This document shows positions 7,959 through 17,180 of a DNA stretch of 50,258 bases, one piece after another. The stretch is from Gemmatimonadota bacterium (GTDB lineage Bacteria; JAAXHH01): assembly GCA_026713285.1 (NCBI GenBank), contig JAPOOT010000370.1, forward strand, positions 1 through 50,258, read 5' to 3'. Below the pieces are notes generated by a model. It was not told the DNA's origin. It did not search any database and was given only the letters and a program-made list of their open reading frames with translations. Every line of letters begins with the position of its first letter. The stretch's first letter is position 1. The position numbers and the translations under genes were made by a program.

Positions 7959-9779
7959 CTAGGGTATGGCGTAATCCGCGGGACCTTCGTCGATGCGGCC
8001 GGCAACAGGTCGGTTCTCCAGGGAGAGATAGGCGTCGATTACCTTCCGTACGACGGGTACGGCAGAGCCCGAGGGCGCGTTCTCCATGACCGCGGCAACG
8101 GCTATACGAGGCGCTTCCGCCGGAGCGTACGCGATGAACCACGAATGGTCCAGGCCGTGTGGATTCTCCGCCGTGCCCGTCTTCCCCGCCAATTGCGCGT
8201 AGGGCAGTTGCGCCGACCTCGCGGTTCCTTCATTCACTACAGCGATCATGGAATCCTGGATCAGGCGCAGCGTTTCGAGGGAAATGGGCAGCCAGTCCCT
8301 GATCCTCGGCTCGCCTGTTGTCAGCGTTTCTCCGTCGGCCGATTCAACCCGGTCGAGTATGTAGGGCTTGTACAGCACGCCTCCATTCGCCACCGCGGCC
8401 GTCATCATCGCCATCTGCAGGGGCGTAACGAGCAGCTCGCCCTGGCCGATCGCCAGGTTGAGGATCTTGCCGGGAGTCCAGACTCGGTTCTGCGCCGGAT
8501 CGTAGTAGTCGGCATCGGGAACCAGGCCGGCCTGTTCGACGCCCGCGTCAATGGCGGAAGGAGCACCGAAACCGAAACCCCGCGCGTACCTGCCCCATCG
8601 ATCCAAACCAAGCAGGTGTCCCACCTGGTAGAAATAGACATCGCAGGAATGGGTCATGGCATCCCTGAATGGCATGGAACCATGACCGGAGGTCCAGCAA
8701 CCCGCCCAGCGATTGCCAAATTGGTAACCTCGGTTACAGGAACGGAATACCGTGTTCGGCGTGACCAGTTCTTCTTCCAACGCGGCGCTGGCCGTTACGA
8801 TTTTCATCGTCGAAGCCGGCGGATACTGCCCGTCCCGGGTCCGGTCCAACAGCGGCTTCAGCGGATGATTGCGAAGCGTATCCCAGGTCTCCTGGGGTAT
8901 CCACTCCGTGAACAGGTTCGGGTCGTATCCGGGCCTGCTTACAATCGCGATGACCGCGCCTGTCCTGGGTTCCACCGCGACCAGCGCTCCGGCCAGACTG
9001 TCGGGAACCGCCTCCTCGGCTACGGACTGAATCCGGGTATCCAGGGTCAGATAAACGTTGTTTCCCGTCTCCGGCAGAAGGACCGGCATGCCGGGAAGTG
9101 GCCCGAGTTCCTCGCCGCGCGCGTTGACTTCCATGAACTCCAGGCCGTTCTGGCCGCGAAGGTGATGTTCAAAGGACTTTTCCACCCCCAGTTTTCCAAT
9201 GATGTCGCCGGGTCGATATCCCTCGTCGGCCAGTACATCGAGTTCCCCACGGCTTATTTCGGAAACGTAACCGAGCACGTGGCTCGCCAGCGTTCCCATG
9301 CCGTACATCCTGCCGGGGGTTATCTGAACGAATACGCCGGGAAGGTCCAGCAAGTGTTCTTCGACCTGGGACGCGATATCAAAAGAAACGTTTCGCTGAA
9401 CGGGTATGGGATTGAACCGGTTCACGGAAGGATCGCGAATACGCCTTAGAATAGCCTGGACATCCTGCCCGGTGAGTTCCCCCAGGTAGTCCACTGTTTC
9501 GTCGGAGGTCTCGAAAGGAACGGCGTCAATGGTATAGGATGGACTGTTCTCCGCCAGGACGACCCCGTAGCGGTCCAGGATCAATCCACGCAGCGCTTCG
9601 AGCACGACGGGCCGAATCCGGTTCCGTTCCGAATGCGCCCGGTACTCCTCGCCCGAAATGACCTGAAAGTAAAACAGGCGAACGGCCAGCAGCAGAAAGA
9701 GTGCCGTTACGATGCCCATAAACAGGTACAACTGGCCCCTGTGCGAGGAATTGTCATTCTGGGAAAAGCCACCGGACAT
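7959..9779 (-). CDS. mrdA: Penicillin-binding protein 2 (elongasome class B transpeptidase)
   Basis: Has an N-terminal TM segment, a PBP dimerisation domain, SxxK (ASTMK) and KTGT (AGKTGTAEN). Sits between mreD and rodA. The ATG at 9777-9779 overlaps the mreD 3' end by 26 nt. Confidence 0.92.
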   Translation of the reverse strand: MSGGFSQNDNSSHRGQLYLFMGIVTALFLLLAVRLFYFQVISGEEYRAHSERNRIRPVVLEALRGLILDRYGVVLAENSPSYTIDAVPFETSDETVDYLGELTGQDVQAILRRIRDPSVNRFNPIPVQRNVSFDIASQVEEHLLDLPGVFVQITPGRMYGMGTLASHVLGYVSEISRGELDVLADEGYRPGDIIGKLGVEKSFEHHLRGQNGLEFMEVNARGEELGPLPGMPVLLPETGNNVYLTLDTRIQSVAEEAVPDSLAGALVAVEPRTGAVIAIVSRPGYDPNLFTEWIPQETWDTLRNHPLKPLLDRTRDGQYPPASTMKIVTASAALEEELVTPNTVFRSCNRGYQFGNRWAGCWTSGHGSMPFRDAMTHSCDVYFYQVGHLLGLDRWGRYARGFGFGAPSAIDAGVEQAGLVPDADYYDPAQNRVWTPGKILNLAIGQGELLVTPLQMAMMTAAVANGGVLYKPYILDRVESADGETLTTGEPRIRDWLPISLETLRLIQDSMIAVVNEGTARSAQLPYAQLAGKTGTAENPHGLDHSWFIAYAPAEAPRIAVAAVMENAPSGSAVPVVRKVIDAYLSLENRPVAGRIDEGPADYAIP

Positions 9780-10254
9780 TGATCTGTCCCTGTCGATAGG
9801 TCAATCCGAGCGCGAGCAACAGGGCTGCGGAGACGGTGTAGAGCATCGTGGGCAATGAGAACGTTGCCAGCATGTATACAGACTCAGCCAGCTGGAAGCG
9901 GGTGAATACCAGCCAGTACATGACGGCGTGGACCAGGCTGGCGGCAAGCAGCGTGAGCAACAGGGTGGAGAGGCTGTCCCTGTAGAGCGTTTTTCCGGCA
10001 ATTCCCACGCCGTAAGCGATCAGCGTATTGCACATGGCGTTGAGTCCCAGGTTCACGGGCGTGCCGTTGAAATCCTCCATGAGCCCTACGCTGAAGCCCA
10101 GGATGGTCCCCCAGTAGGCGCCCGATCCCATCGCGCCAAATATCAGGATCATCAGTACGAAGTCCGGCCTGATAGTCCGAATGGCGATTTCGTGTCCCCA
10201 GGTACTGTCGATTACAAATGCCAGGAACAGTAGGATAGCGTGTTTTAAGTGCAT
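9754..10254 (-). CDS. mreD: Rod shape-determining protein MreD
   Basis: 166-aa polytopic membrane protein located between mreC and mrdA. The call rests mainly on position and hydrophobic profile. Confidence 0.75.
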   Translation of the reverse strand: MHLKHAILLFLAFVIDSTWGHEIAIRTIRPDFVLMILIFGAMGSGAYWGTILGFSVGLMEDFNGTPVNLGLNAMCNTLIAYGVGIAGKTLYRDSLSTLLLTLLAASLVHAVMYWLVFTRFQLAESVYMLATFSLPTMLYTVSAALLLALGLTYRQGQINVRWLFPE

Positions 10255-10293
10255 GGAATAGTTGGATCATAAAAAGGCTCGACGAACCCGAGA

Positions 10294-11109
10294 TTACTCG
10301 ACCTGGAGCGAATCGGCCGCGGCAGGTGTTTCTTCACCCGCGATCACAAACACCTCCTCCAGACGATTCAGTTCCACCGCGGGAGTGATCGATACCTGCT
10401 TGAAAAGGTTCCGGCTCCCGAGTGCGATCCGGCTAATTCTGCCAACGGGCAATCCCGAAGGAAAGGTCTCCCCCAGGCCGGATGTCACCACGCGGTCGCC
10501 AAGACGGACGTCTGCCCGCAATGGCAACTGCATATACAACGCTTCATTCTGGTAGCGGATGATTCCCTGTTCCCGGCTTCGCTGGACCAGGCCGCTGATA
10601 CGGCAGTTTCGGTCGGAAAGCAATTGCACGTAGGACGAAGTCAGGCCGACTTCGATGATTCTACCCAGGACACCGTCTTCCATCACTACGGCCATGTACT
10701 TGCGGATCTGATCGGAACGACCGACATCGATGATAATGGTATTCAGCCTCTGATCGGTATTCCAGCCGACGACTTCGGCGGGCACATAGGTATACTTCTT
10801 TCTGTCCTTCAGACTGAGGAGCCCGCGCAGCCGCTGGTTTTCATATCTTCGTTCCTCGAGATCGGCGGCCTGCAATTGCATCTGGACGAGTTTCTGTCGC
10901 AGAAGCTGATTTTCGGATTTGAGGTTGAAATACGACGGAATGAAGGCGAACGCTTCCTGAAAAGGCGTCAGCACAGTCAACCAGACGATCCGCATGACAC
11001 CGATCTGCCGCTGCGGGGACGCCGTCAGAAGCAGGATCGAGGTGACCATGGCGAGGGCGAAAGCTGTGTACTGGCGTTGGTGGTACAGAACGTAAAAGAA
11101 CCGGAACAT
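10294..11109 (-). CDS. mreC: Rod shape-determining protein MreC
   Basis: N-terminal TM segment, a coiled-coil region (LKSENQLLRQKLVQMQLQAADLEERRYENQRL) and a C-terminal beta-rich region (VVTSGLGETFPSGLPVGRI). It starts 1 nt after the mreB stop. Confidence 0.88.
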   Translation of the reverse strand: MFRFFYVLYHQRQYTAFALAMVTSILLLTASPQRQIGVMRIVWLTVLTPFQEAFAFIPSYFNLKSENQLLRQKLVQMQLQAADLEERRYENQRLRGLLSLKDRKKYTYVPAEVVGWNTDQRLNTIIIDVGRSDQIRKYMAVVMEDGVLGRIIEVGLTSSYVQLLSDRNCRISGLVQRSREQGIIRYQNEALYMQLPLRADVRLGDRVVTSGLGETFPSGLPVGRISRIALGSRNLFKQVSITPAVELNRLEEVFVIAGEETPAAADSLQVE

Positions 11110-11110
11110 G

Positions 11111-12145
11111 CTAGTCCTTCAGGACGCTCAGCATAGTCTCGTAGGCGGCAAAGTTCTCTATGATCTTTCCCGCTCCCCGAACAACGGACGTCATAGGCTC
11201 CTCATCGAGCCTTACCGGCAGCTTGGTCTCCTTCGTGATCTGCCTGTCCAGGCCGGGCAGCCGGGACCCGCCTCCGCTTATGATGATACCGCGATCGATA
11301 ATATCGGCCGCCAGTTCCGCCGGTGTCGATTCCAGGGTCTGGCGCACCGCCATGATTACCCCGTCAAGCGGCTGGGAAAGTACCCTGCGAATCGCCAGGG
11401 AGTCCACTACGACAGAACGTGGTATCCTGTCGATCAGATCGAGCCCCTTTACCGTCATATCCAGTTCCTTGTCAAACACCGGATAGGCCGACCCGAGATT
11501 CCACTTGATCTGTTCGGCCATATTGTAACCGATCTGAAGGTTGCAGTCGTTCTTCATGTGGTTGATGATTGCCTCGTCCATTTCATCGCCGCCGATGCGT
11601 ACCGACTTTGCCGTCACGATGCCGCCAAGGGAAATCACGGCGATCTCCGAAGTCCCGCCGCCGATATCGATGATCATGCTGCCCACCGGTTCATCCACGG
11701 GCAAAGAACAACCGATAGCGGCCGCCATGGGTTCGGATATCAACATCACTTCCTTGGCGCCCGCTCGCTCCGCCGAATCCCGGACCGCCCTCATTTCAAC
11801 GTCGGTCACCCCCGAGGGAATACATGCCACGACGCGAGGCCGAATGAAGAATGAATTCTTGAGTACCTTGCGGATGAAGTATCGAATCATCGCTTCCGTA
11901 TACTCGAAGTCGGCGATCACGCCATCGCGCAACGGCCGATGCGCCTTGAGATCGGGCGGCTCCCTTCCGAGCATGACTTTAGCCTCGGCGCCGACGGCGA
12001 CGACTTTCCCGGTCCTGGTATTGACGGCCACCACGGATGGCTCGTTGATCACAATGCCTCTGCCACGGACATATACGAGCGTATTGGCCGTACCCAGATC
12101 GATGCCGATATCATTGGAAAAGAAGTCCGGCAGGGTAAAACGCAT
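11111..12145 (-). CDS. mreB: Rod shape-determining actin homologue MreB
   Basis: FSNDIGIDLGTANTLVYV, IIDIGGGTSEIAVISLGGIV. AGGAG lies 7 nt upstream of the ATG. Confidence 0.96.
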   Translation of the reverse strand: MRFTLPDFFSNDIGIDLGTANTLVYVRGRGIVINEPSVVAVNTRTGKVVAVGAEAKVMLGREPPDLKAHRPLRDGVIADFEYTEAMIRYFIRKVLKNSFFIRPRVVACIPSGVTDVEMRAVRDSAERAGAKEVMLISEPMAAAIGCSLPVDEPVGSMIIDIGGGTSEIAVISLGGIVTAKSVRIGGDEMDEAIINHMKNDCNLQIGYNMAEQIKWNLGSAYPVFDKELDMTVKGLDLIDRIPRSVVVDSLAIRRVLSQPLDGVIMAVRQTLESTPAELAADIIDRGIIISGGGSRLPGLDRQITKETKLPVRLDEEPMTSVVRGAGKIIENFAAYETMLSVLKD

Positions 12146-12205
12146 TTTTCGTCTCCTTGATACCTACAGAAACCATAGACCGAAAGCGAGGCAGGTCAGC
12201 TGGAT

Positions 12206-13033
12206 TCAGGCCGAAATCCGTTTCAAGTCGGCCAGATGGCGATAGGGAACCTTCATTCCACCCAGGCCGCATCGGTCCGGCCGCGGTCCGTGATAGTCCG
12301 ATCCACCCGTTGCAACCAGCCTGTTCTTCGACGCCAGTTGTCCATAATAGCGACGGACAGTCGACGTGTGGTCCGGGTGGATGACCTCCAGGCCGTCCAA
12401 TCCGGATTCGATGAATCCGGGAATCAGCTCGTCCCGCCGAAGGGACCCGGGGTGGGCCAGCACCGCCACGCCGCCCGCGTCGTGAATGATCTGAATCGCA
12501 TTCCCGACGGTGAACAGCATCTTGGGCACATAGGCGGGAGCATGATTTCCGAGGTACTTCGTAAAAGCGTCCTGTATGGAATCGACCTGGCGGCTTCCCA
12601 CCAACGCCCGGGCGATATGCGGTCTGCCGATGCTGGTTTTGGCGTCGCGCGCGTGGGCGAAGACCGATTCCAGTTCGAGCGTCACGCCCAGGTCATTGAG
12701 CTTCCGCACGATACCTTCCGCCCGGTTCAACCGGTTTGACCTGAAGGTCTCCAGGTAAGCAAGCAACTCCGGGTTGGCCGGATCGAAGCAATAACCCAGC
12801 ACATGCACGTCGGAAGCGCCTTCCCGCGCACTGAGTTCCACGCCGGACACGATCTCCAGGTCCCCGGGAGAAACGCGACGCGCCCGCTCAACGCCGTCCA
12901 CCGCGTCGTGGTCTGTGATCGCCAGTGCGCGCAAACCGGCGGCGCGGGCCCTGGCAACGAGCTCTTCGGGGGTATCGACGCCGTCCGAACAGTCGCTGTG
13001 GGCGTGTAAATCAATATAGCATTCGACGCTCAT
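12206..13033 (-). CDS. PHP-domain metal-dependent phosphoesterase (TrpH/YciV, RNase AM-like)
   Basis: IDLHAHSDCSDG, ALAITDHD, VAVLAHPG, GGSDYHG. I prefer ATG 13031-13033 (MSVECY...), which forms an ATGA overlap with the valS stop, over the TTG at 13042. Confidence 0.85.
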   Translation of the reverse strand: MSVECYIDLHAHSDCSDGVDTPEELVARARAAGLRALAITDHDAVDGVERARRVSPGDLEIVSGVELSAREGASDVHVLGYCFDPANPELLAYLETFRSNRLNRAEGIVRKLNDLGVTLELESVFAHARDAKTSIGRPHIARALVGSRQVDSIQDAFTKYLGNHAPAYVPKMLFTVGNAIQIIHDAGGVAVLAHPGSLRRDELIPGFIESGLDGLEVIHPDHTSTVRRYYGQLASKNRLVATGGSDYHGPRPDRCGLGGMKVPYRHLADLKRISA

Positions 13034-15699
13034 CCGGCACAAATCATTTCGAGATTCCGATTCAGTCTGCCGATCATGTCCTCGTAGTCGCTCTGCTTGT
13101 TCTTTTCCTTCTCTACGACAGCCGCCGGCGCCTTGTTAACGAACTGGCCGTTCGACAGGCGCTTCCGGACCTTTTCCAGCTCCTGCTCGACCCGGTTCCT
13201 CTCCTTCGAAAGACGTTCCGTTTCGATCTCCAGGTCGATCAGTCCGACAAGCGGGATGTAGAACTCCATGTCTCGCAACACGCCGGACGCGCAACCGGCC
13301 GGCCGGTCCCCGTCGCCGTCGACGAACGCCATTTCGCTTCTGGCCAGAGACCGGACCGTCGCGGCCTCGCCGGACAGCACGTCAATCAGACCGGCGTCCG
13401 CGACCTGGCAGTACACCGTCATTTCCCGGGTAGGATGAACCCGGAAATCGGCCCGTACGCCCCGGATTGCCCCGATCAATTCCTGTACGAAGCGAACGTC
13501 CCCTTCGGCGTCCGATTGAATCCAATCCGGATGCGTCTCCGGCCAGGGAGCTACGACGATGCCGGGCGGTTCCGCGTCATCATCCGCAAGATAGGGCCTC
13601 AACTGCTGCCAGATTTCCTCGGTGATGAACGGCATGAACGGATGAAACAGGCGTAAAGTACGTTCCAGTACAAGCAGGGCCGTGCGCCGTGCCTGTTCCC
13701 CGGAATCGAGATCCGATTCGTCGTAGACCCGTTGCTTTATCGTTTCGAGATACCAGTCGCAGTAGTCGTGCCAGAAAAAATCGTATAGCAGCAGCGCCGA
13801 CTCGTGAAAAGCGTATCTCTCAAGAGACCGGGTTACCTGATCGACGGTTCTCGCCATTCGTGACAAAATCCAGCGGTCCCAGAGGTTTTCGGGAATCGGG
13901 TGTTGGGGTGCAGGCTGCTTTTGATGCATAAGAACCAGCCGTGCGGCGTTCCACATCTTGTTCGCGAAATTACGGCCCACCTCAACCTGTTCGTTGGAAT
14001 AGAGCAAGTCCTGTCCGTGCGGCGCGATCAGCATCATCGCGTATCGCAGCGCGTCGGTGCCGTAGGTATCCATGACCTCGAGGGGATCTGGCGAATTGCC
14101 GAGCGATTTGCTCAGTTTGCGTCCCTTGATGTCGCGGACCAGGCTCGTCAGATAGACGTCGTCGAAGGGCCGGTCGTCCATGAACTCATAACCCATCATC
14201 ATCATGCGAACGACCCAGAAGAACAGGATATCGTGGCCGGTAACCAGTGTGGAAGTGGGATAGAAGGTTCGGAGTTCCCCGGTCCGGTCCGGCCAGCCCA
14301 TGGTCGAAAAGGGCCAGAGGGCCGAGGAAAACCACGTGTCGAGCACGTCTTCGTCCTGACGCAGGACGCCGTGGCCGCAACTGCCGCAACCTGCGGGCGC
14401 TTCGACGCCCGCGTGCGCGCATTCGCACGACGCGCAATACCAGACCGGGATGCGGTGCCCCCACCACAGCTGCCGGGAAAGACACCAGTCCTCGATGTTC
14501 TCCAGCCAGTGGCGGTACGTCTTTTCCCAGTGTTCCGGCGTAAAACCCGGCAATCCGTCCTTTTCGAGGGCGTGCAGGAGGCGCAGGGCGAGTGGCCGGG
14601 TTTTCAGAAACCACTGCCGTGAAAGCCGGGGTTCGAGGACCGAGTCGCAACGCTGGCAGTGGCGCACGGCATGGACGTGTCCATCGATCCCTTCGAGCAG
14701 GCCGAGATCTTCGAGGTCTTTCACGACCCTGCGCCTGCACTCGAACCGGTCCAGTCCCCTGTAGGCGAGGCCCGCGGCATCGTTCATCACGCCGTCCTCG
14801 TCCATAACCACGACTCGGGGCAAATCGTGTTTGTTGCCTATGATGAAATCGTTGAAATCATGGGCCGGCGTCACTTTTACGGCACCCGTTCCGAATGCCA
14901 TGTCCACCAGTTCCGCGTCCGCAATGACCGGGATGGTCCGATCCGTCAAAGGCAGCTTCACCCGTTCGCCCACCAGGTGCGCGTGACGGTCGTCCTCCGG
15001 ATGGACCGCGACCGCCGCGTCGCCGAGCATGGTCTCCGGTCTCGTCGTGGCGATACCGATCCCTCCATCGCGGTTTTCCAGGGGATACCGGATCTGCCAC
15101 AGCGATCCCCGCTCTTCCAGGGGAACGGCTTCCTCATTGGACAGGGCTGTATTGCAGCGGGTGCACCAGTTGATGATGCGATCGCCCCGATAGATCATCT
15201 TCTTTTCGAAAAGCGCGACGAATACCGTGGCAACCGCCCTGGAAAGCCCTTCATCCAGGGTGAAACGCTCGCGCTTCCAGTCACATGAGCAACCGAGTTC
15301 CTTCAACTGGCGGACGATCGTGCCGCCGTACTGCTCCCGCCATTTCCATACTTCCTCCACAAATCTCTCTCGACCTATTTCCTCTCGGTCGATGCCCCGC
15401 TCGGCGAGCATCCTTTCGACTACGACATGCGTGGCGATACCGGCATGATCCGTTCCCGGCATCCAGAGGGTTTCGAAGCCCTGCATGCGCTTGAATCGGA
15501 TAAGCACGTCCTGGATCGTGTTGTTCAGCACGTGTCCGAGATGGAGTATGCCGGTGATGTTGGGAGGGGGTATAACGATGGAATAGGGCGGCTTGCCGGA
15601 GTCGGGGTCGGCGTGAAAGAACTGGTTTTCTTCCCAGAAAGCGTACCACTTCCGCTCGACGGTTCCGGGATCGTATTGCGGGGACAAGCCCTCGGCCAT
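13030..15699 (-). CDS. valS: Valine--tRNA ligase
   Basis: 889 aa. HIGH-type motif GILHLGHVLN, KMSKS-type KLSKSLGN and a C-terminal coiled coil (LSKERNRVEQELEKVRKRL). Confidence 0.96.
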   Translation of the reverse strand: MAEGLSPQYDPGTVERKWYAFWEENQFFHADPDSGKPPYSIVIPPPNITGILHLGHVLNNTIQDVLIRFKRMQGFETLWMPGTDHAGIATHVVVERMLAERGIDREEIGRERFVEEVWKWREQYGGTIVRQLKELGCSCDWKRERFTLDEGLSRAVATVFVALFEKKMIYRGDRIINWCTRCNTALSNEEAVPLEERGSLWQIRYPLENRDGGIGIATTRPETMLGDAAVAVHPEDDRHAHLVGERVKLPLTDRTIPVIADAELVDMAFGTGAVKVTPAHDFNDFIIGNKHDLPRVVVMDEDGVMNDAAGLAYRGLDRFECRRRVVKDLEDLGLLEGIDGHVHAVRHCQRCDSVLEPRLSRQWFLKTRPLALRLLHALEKDGLPGFTPEHWEKTYRHWLENIEDWCLSRQLWWGHRIPVWYCASCECAHAGVEAPAGCGSCGHGVLRQDEDVLDTWFSSALWPFSTMGWPDRTGELRTFYPTSTLVTGHDILFFWVVRMMMMGYEFMDDRPFDDVYLTSLVRDIKGRKLSKSLGNSPDPLEVMDTYGTDALRYAMMLIAPHGQDLLYSNEQVEVGRNFANKMWNAARLVLMHQKQPAPQHPIPENLWDRWILSRMARTVDQVTRSLERYAFHESALLLYDFFWHDYCDWYLETIKQRVYDESDLDSGEQARRTALLVLERTLRLFHPFMPFITEEIWQQLRPYLADDDAEPPGIVVAPWPETHPDWIQSDAEGDVRFVQELIGAIRGVRADFRVHPTREMTVYCQVADAGLIDVLSGEAATVRSLARSEMAFVDGDGDRPAGCASGVLRDMEFYIPLVGLIDLEIETERLSKERNRVEQELEKVRKRLSNGQFVNKAPAAVVEKEKNKQSDYEDMIGRLNRNLEMICAG

Positions 15700-15847
15700 C
15701 TAGGATGTTTCTCCCTGTCGTATCGAGCGTTACTAAATAGAACAGGTTATGGAATGGCCGTAATCAGACTGTATACCGGAACAGGTAAGACTACGCCCTC
15801 CATCGGGACGGTATCTTGAAAGCAGCAACGCGCAAATCGCCTGCCTC

Positions 15848-15876
15848 AAAATACCGCGCCGACGCGGGTCTGTCAA
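15848..15876 (-). promoter_or_regulatory. Candidate sigma70-type promoter upstream of valS (TTGACA-N17-TATTTT)
   Basis: Minus strand reads TTGACA gacccgcgtcggcgcgg TATTTT, about 150 nt upstream of the valS ATG. The architecture matches the other gap promoters in this window. The spacer contains a 5-bp GC hairpin, so a terminator reading is also possible (see rejected list). Confidence 0.4.
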
Positions 15877-15939
15877 TCAAATTCACCCTGTGTGGCAGTC
15901 ACCCGAATCGCCCTTTCGGGCGCGGAATGACGCGGACTG

Positions 15940-17112
15940 CTACGAACCGAAAGCCCGCCTGCGACGCATGTAGGTCGGCACGTCCAGCCCGTTGTTGTCG
16001 ACCGCGTCGTCAGAAGGGTCGCCGACGGTCACTTCTTCCGTATCGAACCCGTTGCGCTTGACACGCTGAAAGGCCGGGGTTTCCAGTTCGTTAGAGCGGT
16101 CCGGCTGAAACTTCAGGATGTTACGCGTCAACATATCGTCAGGGGCAGCCATCGCCTGGTCCAGTCCCGTCGCGATCACCGTTACGCGGACCTTGCCTTC
16201 GAGGTTTTCGTCGAGGACCGTGCCCATGATGATGTTGGTATGTCCCGCGGCTGCCTGAACCGTGGTCATCACCTCTTCCACTTCGAACAGGGTCATGTCC
16301 TGGCCGCCCGATATATTGAGCAGAATATCCTTGGCCCCGTCGATGTCCATGTCCGCCAGCAACGGGTGCCGCATGGCCTGTTCCGCCGCTTCCAGCGCGC
16401 GCTTGTCGCCATCGGCTTCACCGGTGCCCATCAGAGCTTCGCCCTTGTTCTCCATGGTCGTCCTGATATCGGCGAAATCGACATTGATCAGTCCGGGCAG
16501 TGTAACCAGGTCCGAAATGCCGCGCGTGGCCTGCAACAGGACTTCGTCGGCCACCTTGAGCGCGTCTTTGAATGTCGTGTTGCGGCTCACGGCCTCCTTC
16601 AGTTTCTGGTTTGGTATGATGACCACCGTGTCCACATGTTCCTTCAAGGCTGCAAGCCCGGTCTCGGCGTTCGCCGCGCGCTTGGGTCCCTCGAAGGCGA
16701 ACGGCTTGGTCACGACGCCGACGGCCAGCACACCCAGTTCCTTCGCAATCTGGGCAATCACCGGCGCGGCGCCGCTTCCGGTGCCTCCCCCCATACCCGC
16801 CGTGATGAACACCATGTCGATGTCGGTCAGGTGTTCCGCGATTTCGTCCCGGCTTTCCTCCGCGGCTTTGCGGCCCACGTCGGGATTGGCGCCGGCGCCG
16901 AGTCCACGGGTGGTTTCCTGCCCCAGCTGTATCTTGTACTTTACATTGGAACCCGCCAGATCCTGCGCGTCGGTGTTGGCGACTAGAAAATCAACGCCCG
17001 GGACGCCGATTTCAACCATGTGGTTGACGGCGTTCTTACCTGCGCCGCCTACGCCGATTATTTTCATGCGGGCAAACAATCCCGGTTCCGCATCAAAGTC
17101 GAAAGTAGACAT
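15940..17112 (-). CDS. ftsZ: Cell division protein FtsZ
   Basis: IIGVGGAGKNAVNHM, GGGTGSGAAPVIA and a C-terminal peptide DVPTYMRRRR. Start trimmed to ATG 17110-17112 (MSTFDFD..., GGAGG upstream); the longer ORF to 17223 is an unlikely extension. Confidence 0.95.
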   Translation of the reverse strand: MSTFDFDAEPGLFARMKIIGVGGAGKNAVNHMVEIGVPGVDFLVANTDAQDLAGSNVKYKIQLGQETTRGLGAGANPDVGRKAAEESRDEIAEHLTDIDMVFITAGMGGGTGSGAAPVIAQIAKELGVLAVGVVTKPFAFEGPKRAANAETGLAALKEHVDTVVIIPNQKLKEAVSRNTTFKDALKVADEVLLQATRGISDLVTLPGLINVDFADIRTTMENKGEALMGTGEADGDKRALEAAEQAMRHPLLADMDIDGAKDILLNISGGQDMTLFEVEEVMTTVQAAAGHTNIIMGTVLDENLEGKVRVTVIATGLDQAMAAPDDMLTRNILKFQPDRSNELETPAFQRVKRNGFDTEEVTVGDPSDDAVDNNGLDVPTYMRRRRAFGS

Positions 17113-17180
17113 TTGCTGCCTCCATCTGTGGGGTTTTAGTTGGCAAACCGCCGAATCCGTACGATAGCGCTTGGTGTGTG

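Noticed and set aside
7878-9449. Very long plus-strand ORFs antisense to recognised genes: 7878..9449 (523 aa), 20481..21761, 36483..38072, 37765..39444 (559 aa), 40001..41047, 44337..45881 (514 aa), 45909..47081 and 47798..48997.
   Set aside because: Each lies entirely opposite a gene with unmistakable family motifs (mrdA, murC, the phosphohexomutase, rng, GT9, the SSF transporter). Their translations are Arg/Gly/Pro/His-rich low-complexity sequence with no recognisable motifs. This is the classic stop-codon-poor antisense frame of GC-rich DNA.
15854-15867. The hairpin CCGCG-ccga-CGCGG followed on the minus strand by TATTTTG, initially read as the ftsZ intrinsic terminator. A second hairpin, CGCCC-GAAA-GGGCG, lies at 15909-15922 just after the ftsZ stop.
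   Set aside because: The stem is only 5 bp. The T-run is exactly the -10 hexamer of a TTGACA-N17-TATTTT promoter whose spacer is the hairpin, so I favour the promoter reading. The 15909-15922 hairpin has no U-tract. Neither is called as a terminator, and both remain ambiguous without 3'-end mapping.
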